A DNA stretch of 64,000 bases, from assembly GCF_009914755.1 (NCBI RefSeq), contig NC_060941.1. One strand, 5' to 3'. Made by a program: the position numbers and the translations under genes. Below are positions 33,733 to 52,994 of this stretch, piece by piece. A model generated the notes under the pieces. The model had not been told where the DNA came from. It ran no database searches and saw only the letters and a program-made list of their open reading frames with translations. This stretch comes from the human T2T-CHM13v2.0 reference genome, Homo sapiens. Within the stretch, counting starts at the first letter, position 1, and each line of letters opens with the position of its first letter.

Positions 33733-34128
33733 CATAGCCCTGGATTCTTGTGTGTAACTTAGAACAGATGTCTTTGGAGGAAGTCAGTTGACCAATGGGC
33801 TCTATTGTTATTCCTGGAAAGCCTAGTATGATGCATTATTACTATGGCACTCATCGAGACACAACACAAAGTGGTGGCTCAGCAGCAGCAAAAGGGGTGG
33901 GAATAGCAGAAGGACATCATCTTACCTGTCACTGTAGGATTGATATAGAAACTATAAATGCGCTTTTCGAGGATGCAAAGTACCAATTTTTTACAAATAC
34001 CTTAAAGAAATGGCATATCAGAATTAATGTAGATGGGGAAAGGGAAAAGAAAGAAAAAGAGGTGTGTCTGTGCCTCACCAAGAGAAAGAAGCAGCCACCA
34101 CATTTCCATGAAAATCTCAAGTCTCTCA

Positions 34129-34602
34129 CTGAGGCAGATGCTATAGATGCTCTACCCAGATCCCCAAAATGCCTTTTACCAGCTGCTGTAGGCACGGCCT
34201 GGCTCACACCGTAACTTTCTCTGGAGGAGCGCCCTTGAGCGATTGGAGCTCTTCACCAGGAGTTACCTAAGAGATGGGTAAACACTCCCCCAGCCCAAAC
34301 TGCCCACACACACCCAGGGCAGCTTAGAGCCAATGACTGACTAGTGCTAGGATGCAAAAAACCCCTCCCTTTGCCTCAAGGTGGGACAGATTCTTTGGTA
34401 CAATTGACCTTTCAGAGCTCCCCTTGGGATCAGGCCGAGGCTAGACTTCATGTGAAATTACATTCTTACTTAGCTTCTTCCCCTTGCCTGTCCTGCTTCA
34501 TTCAGTCCCTCACAGGTTTCTCCAGCGAACACTCGCTCAGTAAATCACTTGCATAAGCATCCCTGTCTCAGGCTCTGCTTCTAGGGAACCCGACCTAACA
34601 CA
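34129..34602 (+). mobile_element. Solo LTR (LTR16-like)
   Basis: TG...CA termini; ccaatgactgact, ctttgcctcaaggtgggac and aaatcacttgca...ctcaggctctgcttctagggaacc motifs. Confidence 0.65.
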
Positions 34603-34920
34603 CTCATCATTTCTGCTGGCACTCCACCAAAGCATAATGGACAATAGGTAAACAAAAAATGAACACCTTCAGATAAGCCAAGACAACGAAGCAAAGTATC
34701 ATGATGGAGAGTGGCTTGGGCGCTGCTTGAGATTGGGTGGTCAGGGACGCCTTCTCTGCCGAGGGGATGTTTGAGCAGAGACATGAGTGAGCAAACAGAC
34801 AGCCATGTGAAATCAAGGGCTAGAATGCTCCAGGCAGATGAAACAGCAAGAAGGGCTGGCATGGTGGAAGTGAGGTAGGCACAAGAGAGTAATTCAATAT
34901 GTTTCGGTGGAATGATGTGA

Positions 34921-35244
<324 letters not shown>

Positions 35245-35479
35245 TAAATTCACAGGTTTAATAGGTTTTGGGGAAATCACAGGGAGTGCAATGAAATATG
35301 CACTTTCTAAAATGAATTGTTACAACATACACATCTTTTCATATAAAAGGAATTCCCTTATGCAGTCTTGCGCTGACGAGTAATGTCTACAAATTAAAGG
35401 AAACAGCCTGGAATCACATTCTCATGGTTAGATTCCTACAGTTTTAGAGCTGGAAGGGCTCATAAAGGCAAGCTAGAAC

Positions 35480-36200
35480 TAGCATGTATTAAATACCCCC
35501 ATTATGTGCTTCAGATATTATTTCATTCAATCCTTGCCATAACCCTATGAGATGAATAGTGATACCCCATTTACAGGTGAGGAAAGTAAGCAAATTGCCC
35601 CCAGTCACACAGTTAAGAAATGGTGAGGGCTGGATTTGAACCTAGATTTGGGTGCTCTTCCCACTATGTTATACAGCATTAAGTAATCAGAACATCTCGT
35701 TTTACAGATAAAGATGCTAAAGACTGCAAAAGTAAAGTGGATTATCTAAGGTCCAATAGCAAGCTGGTGGGAGAGCCAGGATTAGACTTTAGTTTTTGTG
35801 ATTCCACATCCACTAGGCTACTCTCAGCGCAATGCCAGCTGGAGAGAGGGAGGGAGGAAGAAGGCCTGGAAACCTTTGGCTTCCTAGAATGAAGTGAATA
35901 GAATTAGCAGAGTAACACTATGTGGGATTGAGCCAAAAGATTTGTAACTATGTCATAGAGTGGGATAAGAAGAAAGGAGAAATTTCATGTCTCCTAAGTG
36001 TTCACTATGTGTAACGCCTGTAACTAAGCACTTTTACATATATCATCTTCTCTAATTCTCACAGCTAACCAAGGAAGTAGGGATTAAGCCCATTTTCACA
36101 GAAGAGGAAAAGGATATTCAGAGAGACAATAGACTAATAAGGGTGACAGCGTGTGTTCAAACCAGGGTCTAACTCTAAAACCCAAGTTTTTGCCTTTTCT
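35480..36200 (+). mobile_element. Cluster of MIR SINEs
   Basis: three MIR cores (ccccatttacaggtgaggaaa; ttttacagataaagat; cattttcacagaagaggaaa) with ggatttgaacc-like 3' motifs. Confidence 0.65.
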
Positions 36201-36359
36201 CAAAGCCTCTTCCTATGAGCTTCACCGGGAGTAATTTCATTGCTTTCTTTTGATTTCATGGCTAAAGAAACTGAGATTGTTTAAAACCAAAGGCTATGGT
36301 CTGCTTTTTCTTGACAAAAACATTTACTATAATATGTTCAGAATCCTATGAAAAAGTAA

Positions 36360-36731
<372 letters not shown>

Positions 36732-36859
36732 TAAATTGAAGAATCGCCTAAACAAATTTAACTGTACAAATCATAATTGCATAAATCATAAGGGTACAAA
36801 TGCAAGAATTTTTACTGAGTGGAACACGTTCACGTAACCAGACCTAGATCAAGAAATAG

Positions 36860-37287
<428 letters not shown>

Positions 37288-37353
37288 TAAAATCTATATA
37301 AATGGAATTATGTAAGCTGTTGAACTGGGCACTGTATTTCTGCTTCCTGGTGA

Positions 37354-37527
<174 letters not shown>

Positions 37528-38231
37528 TAAAACACAGTTGTGATTTTTATTAGGATAAAGCAAGTGGGTCATAAATTCAGTTTTTAGGAGAAAATAGTTA
37601 TAAGTCTTCTAAGAGGAGGGACACTATGTAATCTATTGCATCATTCCCCAAAGTCATTGTCTATGCCACATTTTGAGAATTCAAAAGCACATCTATCTCC
37701 CACTTATTGACTACATGTGCATTATTTATTTTTAAAAATGCAAATGGGGCTGCAATGAGAATGGAAATTTTAAGCAAAAAGGCTATCTTTAGCTTAATAA
37801 ATAACCAAAGAAAATAATAGACTTTTTCAAGGAGGAGAATCACCAAGAATGGAGAGCAGCGAGGCTCTCAGGTTGGAGAAGACGATTAGCTGTTTGGCCA
37901 CAGGGAATAGGCCACATATGAGAGTAAATATACAAACAGAGGCCCAAGGTCCTCCACTGACCTGTATTCTCCCACCAGAGGCCTCAGGCTGTGATGAGGA
38001 ATTCATTTATAGTTTGTTTTTTTCTTTGTTATGAAAAGTAATCATAATTGGGAAAATGGCTCTGTAGAAATTGCTCACTAAATCTATCCCTTTCCTCCTC
38101 TTCCCGCTCTCCTACTATCTGTGGAGGCTCTAGACCAACGCAGAAGAGTTTCTGGATTAACGGGGAACTATCCTAGCTTATTCCTGAGAAGCCTTGACCA
38201 CCAACGCTACCCACCACTTTCTGCTTTCCAA

Positions 38232-38250
38232 TAGTGCCCTCTGGTGGAAG
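38232..38250 (-). promoter_or_regulatory. CTCF binding motif
   Basis: minus strand reads CTTCCACCAGAGGGCACTA, close to the CCASYAGRKGGCRS consensus, in non-repeat sequence. Confidence 0.65.
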
Positions 38251-38790
38251 AAATATTAATTGCAGTTAACGGAGCCCGACTCAGCCAGAAAATAGCCCAT
38301 AGGCTCCCCAATCACCACCGCCAAGCCTTTAGTGTTAACCACAGTCTCCGCAGCAATCAAGAAAGTTCGTAGGTCACCCAGATACCAACCCTCTCTCCTT
38401 CAGATGCAGTTATATCAGGAAATTCTAAGCTTCCAGCTTAGGGGAAGGGAGAGGAATTCTTCGGGGTGCCTTTCTGTTTGTGCCAGAAGGAGAGGAGTCT
38501 TCAGGCAGGGCAATCTGCTGCTGGAAGTTTACCTGGCCTAGCAGCTTTAAGTAAGGGCCCTACTCCACGAATCTACCCAGAATGAAATGTCACCAATAAT
38601 ACCTGTAGGTTCAGCCTGTGACAGGCAGAGACTGCTGGACTATATAGCATAGCTCCTAACCCACCACGCCTTCCAAACTATTATTTTACCAAAAGGGCAG
38701 AATTAGGACTGGTAATGTGTCCATACTTTCTTAGGGCTTCCGCTGCCAACTCTCACCCCCACTTCATCCTAGTTCAGGAAAAGAGTATTT

Positions 38791-38920
38791 CCTAATGTAA
38801 ATGACGAGTTGATGGGTGCAGCAAACAAACATGGCACATGTATACCTATGTAACAAACCTGCATGTTGTGCACATGTGCCCTAAAACTTACAGTATAATA
38901 ATAATTTTTTTAAAAAGAAA
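38791..38920 (+). mobile_element. Short L1PA 3' end
   Basis: gacgagttgatgggtgcagc...aaaacttacagtataat; TSD gaaaagagtattt (38778-38790) / gaaaagggtattt (38921-38933). Confidence 0.85.
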
Positions 38921-39144
38921 GAAAAGGGTATTTTTGGCCAGGCACAGTGACTCACACCTGTAATCCCGACACTTTGGGAGGCCAACGTGGGCAGATTGCT
39001 TGAGCCCAGAAGTTGGAGACTAGCGTGGACAACATGGCAAAATCTTGTCTCTCCAAAAAAAAAAAAAAAAAAAAAAAAAAATAACTGGGTGTGGTGGTGC
39101 ACGCCTGTAATCCCAGCTACTCAGGAGGCTGAGGTGGGAGATCA

Positions 39145-39261
<117 letters not shown>

Positions 39262-41145
39262 TTATTCTGATGAAACTCTAGGCAGCTGTGTCTTGCCTTT
39301 AGATTGAGCCAGTCATCTGTGAAGTAACATTGGGTAGCTTTGTTGGGCAGGCCTGGCCTCCCAAGACTGTGCCATTGCAGGTGAGTGCTGCTGACATACT
39401 TCCCTGTGGGGGACCCTCTGACTCCAGTGAGCACTCCCAGACAGCTGTGTTTGCAGTAGTACATCAATAGCCTACTATTCTCTGTCACTTTGCCTAAGAT
39501 ACTCCTAGTAGTTGGTCTTTTCTACCTGGAGATTCATGACGTGACCACCCTCTCAAGGACCTATTCTCCCCACTCCACTTGGGACCTCTGCTGCCAGCCT
39601 CACCTGGTCGTTCAGGATGCCCCATAACTGCTGCATGTCTCCCTCCCAGGAATTTTAGACAGATGTTGCCTGTTTGGAAATGTTCTTAGACCCAGAGGCA
39701 AGAAGAGCTGTCCCCTATTGCAAGTATAACCAGAATCACTTTTCTGTGTAGAACCTGGGTCTCTGCCAAGTGACCATACCTCCTCCCCTAAATCCAAGTG
39801 TTTACAAGTCCACAGACATTGGTCTTGGCAGGAGTGCCCCCGGCCCTCCACTTCTCCTACAGGGGTCCCAGAGCTCCAACTCTGTCAAAGCAGCCAGAGG
39901 CTCAGTGCTGTCACCATTTATAAAGAAACCCACCAGCTTCCTCAATAAAATGACACCATGATCCTCTAAGGGTGACAATGAAGGAAGGTGCCTTCAGGGG
40001 AGGACTGCTGGACTCACAGTCCTAATTAACTTTTATCTTCAAGATTCGCCTTCCCTGGGAGATCCTTCCCTAATTGCTACTGCTGCCATCATGGTGGCTC
40101 TCATAGGTGCCACGCTCCCTGCAACTCCATTACAAAAATGGAACATGACTCATTCCTTAACTCCCCACTGCACAGCTAAGGACCTGACAGGAACCTTGGT
40201 AGAATGATTCTACCGACAATCCAGAAATAACAAGTAGGAAACAGCACTGAATCTGCAACTCTGAGGACATGCCTTTTTCTTTGAAATGGGTCAAGCCAAA
40301 ATGGACAACCAGACACCAAGAACATTGTTCTGTCCTATTCATTTAAACCTTCTGTATGCTAACATTGGTTTGGATTCAATTACAGTTCTCTGCAGTCTTT
40401 TTGGACTTAGTCATCTTGAATGGGAATTGTTGGCTCCCTCTTAAGGAAAAAACTTGCCATCGCAGCTAGACTTGGGTTTAATAGAGAGCTAAGAGTGCAC
40501 CATTTATTTACAAGTTGCTCACAGATTTTAGGCCATGGAGGAGGAGATATCAGTTCAGCTTGAGAACAGATTTCCTTTGTCCTGGCAAGAGCCCCTTAAA
40601 AATGCCTTTTAGTTACGAGTTATGATATTAGACAAGTACTCATACAATGCACAAGAGAAGGGTATAACACTCTGTTCTGGGTAAAGATCTCAGGCCTGGA
40701 TGTTTGACCTATTTCCCATGCATGCAAACCCCCTGCTTTTCAGTTCCAAGTTATTCAGAGGAAAAAAGACAATCAAACCAGCCATTCTCTTTATGTTTCT
40801 TATCACTTCTTGTGATTTAAATTTTGAAATTTTCTAACAGTAGTTATTAAGAGGAACAACTAAATACAGTTTTACATGTATAGATAACATTACTGCTACT
40901 TTGATATCTGATTAAAGACTTTTAAAAATGAGCTTGATGAGACGTGGAGCATGGTGGCATGCACCTGTGGTCCCAGCTACTTGGGAAGCTGAGGCACAAG
41001 GATTGCTTGGGGCCAGAAGTTCAAGACTATGGTGCACAATGATGGTGCCTGTGAATAGCACTGCACTCCAGCCTGGGCAACATAGTGGATACCGTCTCTA
41101 GAAAAAAAACTTGGTTTAATAAGAACATTTTTCTATTTAATTTGA

Positions 41146-41430
<285 letters not shown>

Positions 41431-41456
41431 TGACCAGGCTGGTCTCGAACTCCTGA

Positions 41457-41894
<438 letters not shown>

Positions 41895-42472
41895 TGAGCC
41901 ACTGAGCTGGCTTTAAATTTTTTATTAAAGTAATTGAAAAGGTCACATAGAACTAAAAGCCTAAAAAGAGTCACTAGCCCATATCTTCTCTTTCATACTC
42001 TTCAGTCCCCCTCGCCAGGGGCAACCATGTTTTGTTCTTTCACTGTTTCTTCTTGGCATTTGCACATCTATTTCTGTTATGCACATATTGCTGTCTTTTG
42101 ATTCATCAATTTTAAACCTTATCAGTCAATTTCCTCTGATTATAAATGAAGATTTTGTTCTGTTATACCACCATTCTCTTACCCCATCCTCCCAATGTAG
42201 TTATATTTATAATTTGGGGTTAAAGATGCAATGTTTACATGATTTTGCCTATGCAAATATTATACACAGCTGAGGATTGTAGCATATTTTGATTCCTCAT
42301 TTTTTTTGTTTTTCCTGAAGTAAATAATTGTCTTTTATTTTTAAACTTTCTTAGTTTTATTTGTACTTCTTGATAATTCCCACCCCTTCCATTTGTCTCT
42401 CCCATAAGACAGTTCTATCAGGTAATTTATTAGTTCTAATTTATTTTCTTTTCCCAAAGCCATCTCTTCTAG

Positions 42473-42706
<234 letters not shown>

Positions 42707-44749
42707 TAGTCTTGAACTCCTGACCTCAAGGGATTCTCCCACCTCAGCCTCCCAAAGTGCTGGGATTACAGACGTGAGCCACCATACCCAGGCTTCAATT
42801 CTTTCTCTATCAGTGGCTCATGCCTGTAATCCCAGCACTTTGGGAGGCTGAGGTGGGCTGATCGCTTGAGCCCAGGAGTTCAAGAGCAGCCTGGGCAACA
42901 TACTGAGACCCTGTCTCTGCAAAAAACTTGGAAAAAAAAAAAAGCTGGGAGTAGTGGCATGTGCCTGTAGTTCCAGCTAGTCAGGAGAGCTGAGGTGGGA
43001 GGATCGCTTGAACCCAAGAGGTTGAGGCTGCAGTGAGCCATGTTTGCACCACTACACTCCAGCCTGGGCCACAGAACGAGACCCTGTCTACAGAGAAAAA
43101 AAAAAAAAAACTCCTGGGCTTAAGCTGTCCTTCCACCTCAGCCTCCCAAGTAGCTACAGGACTGCTGCCACCACACCTGGCTTTCCATTGTCTTTTTTAA
43201 AAACTGAGACATAATTCACATGCCATAAATTTCACTCTTTGTACATTTTAAAGTGTAGAATTTAGTGGTTTTGAATATATATCCCAGATTGTGCAGTTAT
43301 CACCACTATCTAATTTTAGAACATTTTCATCACCCCAAATAGAAACCCTGTACCCATTAGCAGTCACTTCTTTCCTCTCCCTCTAGCTCCTGGGAGCCAC
43401 TAATCTACTTTATGTCTCTATGGATTTACCTATTCTGGACATTTCATATACATGGAATCACACAATAGGTAGCCGTTTGTATCTGGCTTCTTTCACTCAG
43501 CATGTTTTCAAGGTCCATCTATGTTCTAGCTTGTATCAGTACTTCATTTTTGCGTGTGTGGCTGAATAATATTCTATGATAGACAACATTCTGTTTATTC
43601 ATCTATCAGTTGATGCACATGTAGGTTGTTTCCACTTTTTGGCTACTGAATTATGCCTCCATTAACATTTGTTTACAAGTTTTTGTGTAAACATGTATTT
43701 TCAGCTCTCTTGTATACATACCTTTGGAGTGCAAACATATGGTAACTCTATGTTTAACTTTTTTTGGAAAAGACTCCATTGTCATCCAACTTTAAAGATT
43801 GCTGTTGACAGCCTGGGCAACATAGTGAGATCCTGTCCCCACAAAAAAAATGAAAAACTTTGCCAGGTCTGGTGGCATATGCCTGTAGTTCCAGCTACTC
43901 AAGAAGCTGAGCCCAGTTAAGGCTGCAGTGGGCCATGATCGTGCCACTGCACTCCAGCCTGGGCAACAAAGTAAGACTTAATCTCTTAAAAAAAAAAATA
44001 GGCAAAGATTGCTGTTAAGAAGTCTGAAGCCTTTCTAAATCAGTGTGACCTTTCTTTGTTTTATATCTCTCCAGAAGCTGTAGAATCATCCCTTCATCCC
44101 CAAAGTTGCAAAAATTTCATAATGATATGCCTTTTTATGGGTCTGTTTTCATCCATCGATCTGGATACTGGCTGGGCTTTTTCAATTGTGAAATCTAGGT
44201 TGTTAAGTGCTGGATGACTTCCTCCATGGCATCAAGATTGCTACTTACAGCTGTGCAGTTTGTACACTGCACAAAGGTGCTCTGCTGAGGAGGTGGGTGG
44301 GGGCCAAAATGTATCCCGGATTCCATTCACTAGACTGTGTGCCTTAACCTGAAGCTACATCTGCTTGGAGGAGGAGCATCTTTTTCATTCACCAAGCTGT
44401 GTGCCCACAGAGCGCGTTCCCTCACAGTAGGTGTGTTTTTCTCACCTTTACACAAAGGTGACCTATAAGGCTGGTGGTGGCCCTGCCCTCTTTTTTCTGT
44501 ATTCACTCTTTGGAATTCCTATTATTCAGACATTGGATCTCCTAGATTCAGTCTTCAAAATCCCTATATTTTCTCTCCTCTTTCCTAAACAGCTTCAACA
44601 AACCCTTCTGAACCCTTTGAGGATTCTGGGATATACAGAAGGTTGGTTCTAGGCTTTCTCCACTGCTGATTTAGGATTCCACTTTTCTCCTGTCTGCTAC
44701 CACTTCTTCATCTGCTTTATATTTTTCAAATTTTGTTGTTCTGTCTTTC

Positions 44750-46860
<2,111 letters not shown>

Positions 46861-46948
46861 TAGGAATTAAATATTGGTGTTTCTTTTCTCCTGATCTTTC
46901 TATCATTGGTTTTATGTCTTCTTTTATTAATTAATTAATTAATTATAG

Positions 46949-47053
<105 letters not shown>

Positions 47054-49228
47054 TGAGTAGCTGGGATTACAGGCATGAGCCACCATACCCGGCCCTTATG
47101 TCTTCTTTTTCTTTTTCTTTTCTTCTTTCTTTTCCTTTACATTAGTCTTAGTAGGAATTTCAGACGTAGCAAAATTGAATGCATGTTAATCATCTAGAAA
47201 AGCATTATCCATTCAATTTCTTTCATATTTTAACTTGGTGGTCTCCAAAGTTAAGTGGAAGCACCCCAGAAGATTTTTTAAAAAACTGTCTCTGGGGCGC
47301 AAGAAAAATATCAAAGATGATTCTGTTGAGACATTGAAAGACAGAAAGAAAGAAAGAAAAATACCAAAGGACTAAGGACTTTTCTTTTTTTCTTTGTTTC
47401 TTTTTTTGGAGACAAGGTCTCACTCTGTCACCCAGGCCGAAGTACAGTGGCACAATCTTGGCTTACTGCAACCTCTCCCTCTCAGGCTCAGGTGATTCTC
47501 CCTCCTCCCACCTGAGCCTCCCTAGTAGCTGACACTAGAGGCCCACACCACCATGCCCAGCTAATTTTTGTATTTTTTGTAGAGACAGACCATGTTGCCC
47601 AGGCTGGTTTTGAACTCCAGGACTCAAGCAATCCACCTGCCTTGTCCTCCCAAGTGTTGAGATTACATGCGTGAGCCACTGCATCCGGCCAAAGGACTTT
47701 TCTTTATAATGGTTTTAACTCATTGTTAATTTCTATTTTTTGTTTAAAATGTTTTAAAATAAATAATTTATAAATATATATATTATAAATATATATATAT
47801 ATGGGCACATGCTCAATGTTTGTTACTGATAGAGGTACATGAGCAAAAGAGTTTGGAGGCCACTACATTAAACTATGAATTTTGTAAATATAATTTGCAT
47901 TGATTTCAATTTACACATGACTTGATTTATAGCTACATCATTTAAAAAGCCACTACATGTGATATTGTATAGAAATTATGTGATATTGTACAGAAATTAT
48001 GCTTGTGACACTGTACAGAAATATGCTTGCCATGGGAATGAAACTGATATACGTGCAAGAACTCAGCATTCATCCTAGAACAAACTTCCCCCTCAAACTT
48101 CGATTACTAGAGAAAAATGTGTTTTTAACTCCCCGTGTAACATTGATATTTTTCCTGATAAATCTGGGAGGCAGTACACTACAGTGCCTTTGGGACCATA
48201 TTAAATTAACAATGACATATTAAATTCCTGATTGCCATGGCAAATGTAAATTCTCCTGCCTACAAAAAGATTGATTGAAATTTGCATATATGACCGGGCG
48301 CAGTGGCTCACACCTGTAATCCCAGCACTTTGGGAGGCCAAGGCACGTGGATCACCTGAGGTCAGGAGTTCAAGACCAGCCTGGCCAACGTGGTGAAACC
48401 CCATCTCTACTAATAATACAGAAGAATTAGCCAGGCGTGCATGCCTGTAGTCCCAACTACTCAGGAGGCTGAGGCAGGAGAATGGCTTGAACCCATGAGG
48501 TGGAGGTTGCAGTGAGCCAAGATCACGCCATTGCACTCCAGGCTGGACAACAAGAGCAAAACTCCATCTAAAAAAGAAAAGAAAAGAAATTTGCATACAC
48601 ATACCCTTCTATTGCTGCAAGGACCTTCAGTTTATTGTGTGTGGCTGTCATGTTAAGGAGTGACTTGGGGTATGTGAAGCAATAGAAATGAGAACTAAAA
48701 CTAAGAGAACTAATGAAGGAGAGGAACATCAACAAATGTGGCTGATCTTGGATTGTTAGTTGAAAGGAGCAGTTACATTTTAGCTTTTGTACTTGAAGCT
48801 TAAGTACTTCTTTCTTTTTGCTTTGCCCATCTATACTAATTATCCATCATCCCCAAAAGATTTAACTTTATTAATCCAGTGTTAAAAGCAGGGATCCATA
48901 AATGGAGTTTTAATTCAGAAATATCCTACTATAGCCCAGTGTTTCCAGCATAATGAATTCACTATGTAATTAAAAGTTTGATTAAACTAGAACCTACAAA
49001 AATATCATGTTTCTGAACTAATGTCCATAGATAGACTCAAAGGTCACCCAGTACTCTCTATAGCTTAGATATATTCAAATAATTTACTATACACTTTTCC
49101 AAAGCAAAGCAAAAAAAAAAAGCGTTATTTCTATGGTTATAAAAGAAGCGTTTATCTGCTTGAAAAAATTGCAAAGTCTGTGTGAGTGGGGTCTGTCGTG
49201 GGTCAAGCTGCAAAGATCCGGCCTGCAT

Positions 49229-49247
49229 CTACCACAAGAGGGCAGTA
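49229..49247 (+). promoter_or_regulatory. CTCF binding motif in a CpG-retaining unique segment
   Basis: CTACCACAAGAGGGCAGTA, close to the CTCF consensus. Confidence 0.55.
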
Positions 49248-49753
49248 GCACTCAACCGTTAATAGGGAACCCAGCAGAGCGCTGGAGGCTCATTAGAGGA
49301 ATCGTTAGAGCCGGTCGTTAACGCATCAACCTCTGGAAAGGACAGGGAAACAGGAACCACCGTCCAGACACTTTCGGAGCTTCTGTCTCGGTAACAATAA
49401 CACAGGAAATAAGCAACAGGGTCTTGTGAAAGACAGCGACCTCGCTCACCATCCCCGTGTCGTTGAATCACCATGGAGATGGCGACTAGCTTAATAATGG
49501 CTTGCAGATGGGCGTCTGCTCACGTGGATGTTCAGATAAGAACACTGTGGCAGGGGTCAAAGGAACAGAGCTCTTCATGGGCATTAGGGAAGGGCGGAAG
49601 AAAAGCTGAGGGGAGCAGCAGAGCTGTTTTGTCTCCGAAAATAAGGACTTTTAGGAGTGTCCTAGGGTGAATTTTATTTAGCTTCATAGCATTGAAACAT
49701 TATCTTTGGAAACCTGTATCATTTACCTTGCAGGGTTTCCAGGAAACTAATTA

Positions 49754-50122
<369 letters not shown>

Positions 50123-50998
50123 TTAAGTATGTATGTCGATTGGTCTAGTATTGCTCATAAAATGAGATGAATCAGGTATTTTGAATGTGATCTCATGACC
50201 AGCATCTGTTTTGTTTTTATTCATAATTCTCTCTAATGTTACTGAGCTATAATCTGGAAAGAATTTTAGTATTTGAGAAACCTAATTCATTATTCCTTAA
50301 TTTAATGTTTCAATTTAACATTTATTGAACACTTATAATTGAATGAGAAAAGACAATGCCAGGGTGGTGTGTGTGTGTGCGTGTGTGTTAAAACAGAGAA
50401 TTTTAGAAAATTAATTGGATCCACGCTTTAAAGTCAGCTTCAAATAAAAATTGAGACTTGTGAATGTTTTCCACATTTTACGTGCCATTCCTATCCCATA
50501 TTATACCTTTTGTTGTATAGTTCCTTCCAAACCATAGGACAGCTAAACCTAATTCAGAGAATCTTGTTCCTTTGTGTTGATAAAAGACAAGAAAATAAAA
50601 TATGTTCTGCTTAGCAATTCTAATAGATCATTGTCATTACTGTTAATAAGCTATTGGATAGAAGACTTGATATTTAAAAGCTTTTACTCAATTAAAAAAA
50701 AAGCCAGGTGCAGTGGCTCATGGCTGTAATCCCAGCACTTTAGGAGGCCGAGGTGGGAGGATTGCTTGAGGCCAGAAGTTCAAGACTAGCCTGGGCAACA
50801 TAAGACCCTGTCTCTATTATTAAAGATAATGAATAAATTATTTATTTATAATTATAAATAAATAAATAATAAAGCTTGAACTCAATTATAACCAAATGGT
50901 TTACTCAAATCAGCAAACATGTATTGGGTTAGGCACTGAGTTAGTTACTAGGAATAACAGAAATGAATAAAATAGACTTGTGGATGAGAGGCATCTGA

Positions 50999-51552
<554 letters not shown>

Positions 51553-51594
51553 TCAGAGCAGTTAAGTGACAAAACTCATTGGTGTAGAGCCAAG

Positions 51595-51671
51595 ATCTGT
51601 TCAACTCTATATAGTCTTTCCATTGGACAGAACCCTCATCTGTTCAACTCTATATAGTCTTTCCATTGGAC
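51595..51671. repeat. Perfect 34-bp direct repeat with a 9-bp spacer
   Basis: atctgttcaactctatatagtctttccattggac at 51595-51628 and 51638-51671; spacer agaaccctc. Confidence 0.92.
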
Positions 51672-52286
51672 CATTCTGTTTGAATATTAGTCATTGACTC
51701 CTGGGAAAAAGCAACTTTTATGAATGACAGTTTAACAGTTTTCAATTTAAAAAACTTAAAACATATAATGGTGTGCAGTTACTATATAGCTTTAAATAAT
51801 TTTTAATTAGGAAATATTTCAAACATGCAAGTATAGAGAATAATACCTGCATAGTCATTATGAAGCTATATTCTATATCCAACCTTAACACTATATTTGA
51901 GTTAGACTTTTTAAAGAAAACATTATAGGAACAGTTGAGGATTTCTATCTTTCCTCGATCCCACTGTCTTCTCGTCTTTCCCTAGAGATAATACTATCAT
52001 GAATTTGGTATTGGTTTCATGCATGATTTCTTATTTTTACTATATGCTAATGAATCCATAAATAATATAATACTATCTTGCAGGTTTTAAAGCCGTTTAA
52101 TTGTGCCCAAAAGTACACATTATTCTATAACTTACTTTTTGTATTGAATATTTTGAGATTTATTCATGAATACAAATAACTCTAATTCTTTGTTAACTGC
52201 TGTTAAGTATTCCATTGTATGACTATACCAAAATTTATCCATATTCCTGTAATTACATATTTACACAAGATTCTGCTTGGTTTTGA

Positions 52287-52583
<297 letters not shown>

Positions 52584-52959
52584 TAATGGATGATAATGGA
52601 ATTGATACTGTATTTAGGATCCTTTGTTTGTTATCAGTTTTGTTTGTTAACTATAAAATATTTTCCATTGGAAAGGGGTACCTATAAATGTCTTCTGCTG
52701 CTAATATTTATCTCAGCACTTTCTAAACCCAAAAGTGCTACCTAAGAAGAAATTTAGCCAAAAAATACCCAGCTAAGGTAGCCATAGCCAAGTGTATTTA
52801 AGTATGTTATAGAATATATTTGAAAGCTTCCTTTCAGTTTGAGCTTTGTATCTGCTGTGGAACTGTTATGGTTGATTGGGTAGTTATTTTTCATTCTTAT
52901 AAGGTTCAAAGTAACAGCTGAGGATTTAGAAAACAAGAATACCAAATAGAATACGAAAT

Positions 52960-52994
52960 AATAAAGATAAACCAAAAGAATACCAAATAATAAA
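52960..52994 (+). terminator. EFCAB5: Tandem AATAAA polyadenylation signals of EFCAB5 (52960-52965, 52989-52994)
   Basis: two canonical hexamers about 380-410 nt after the stop, followed by a T/GT-rich tract (ttgtttttctaattttt). Confidence 0.7.
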
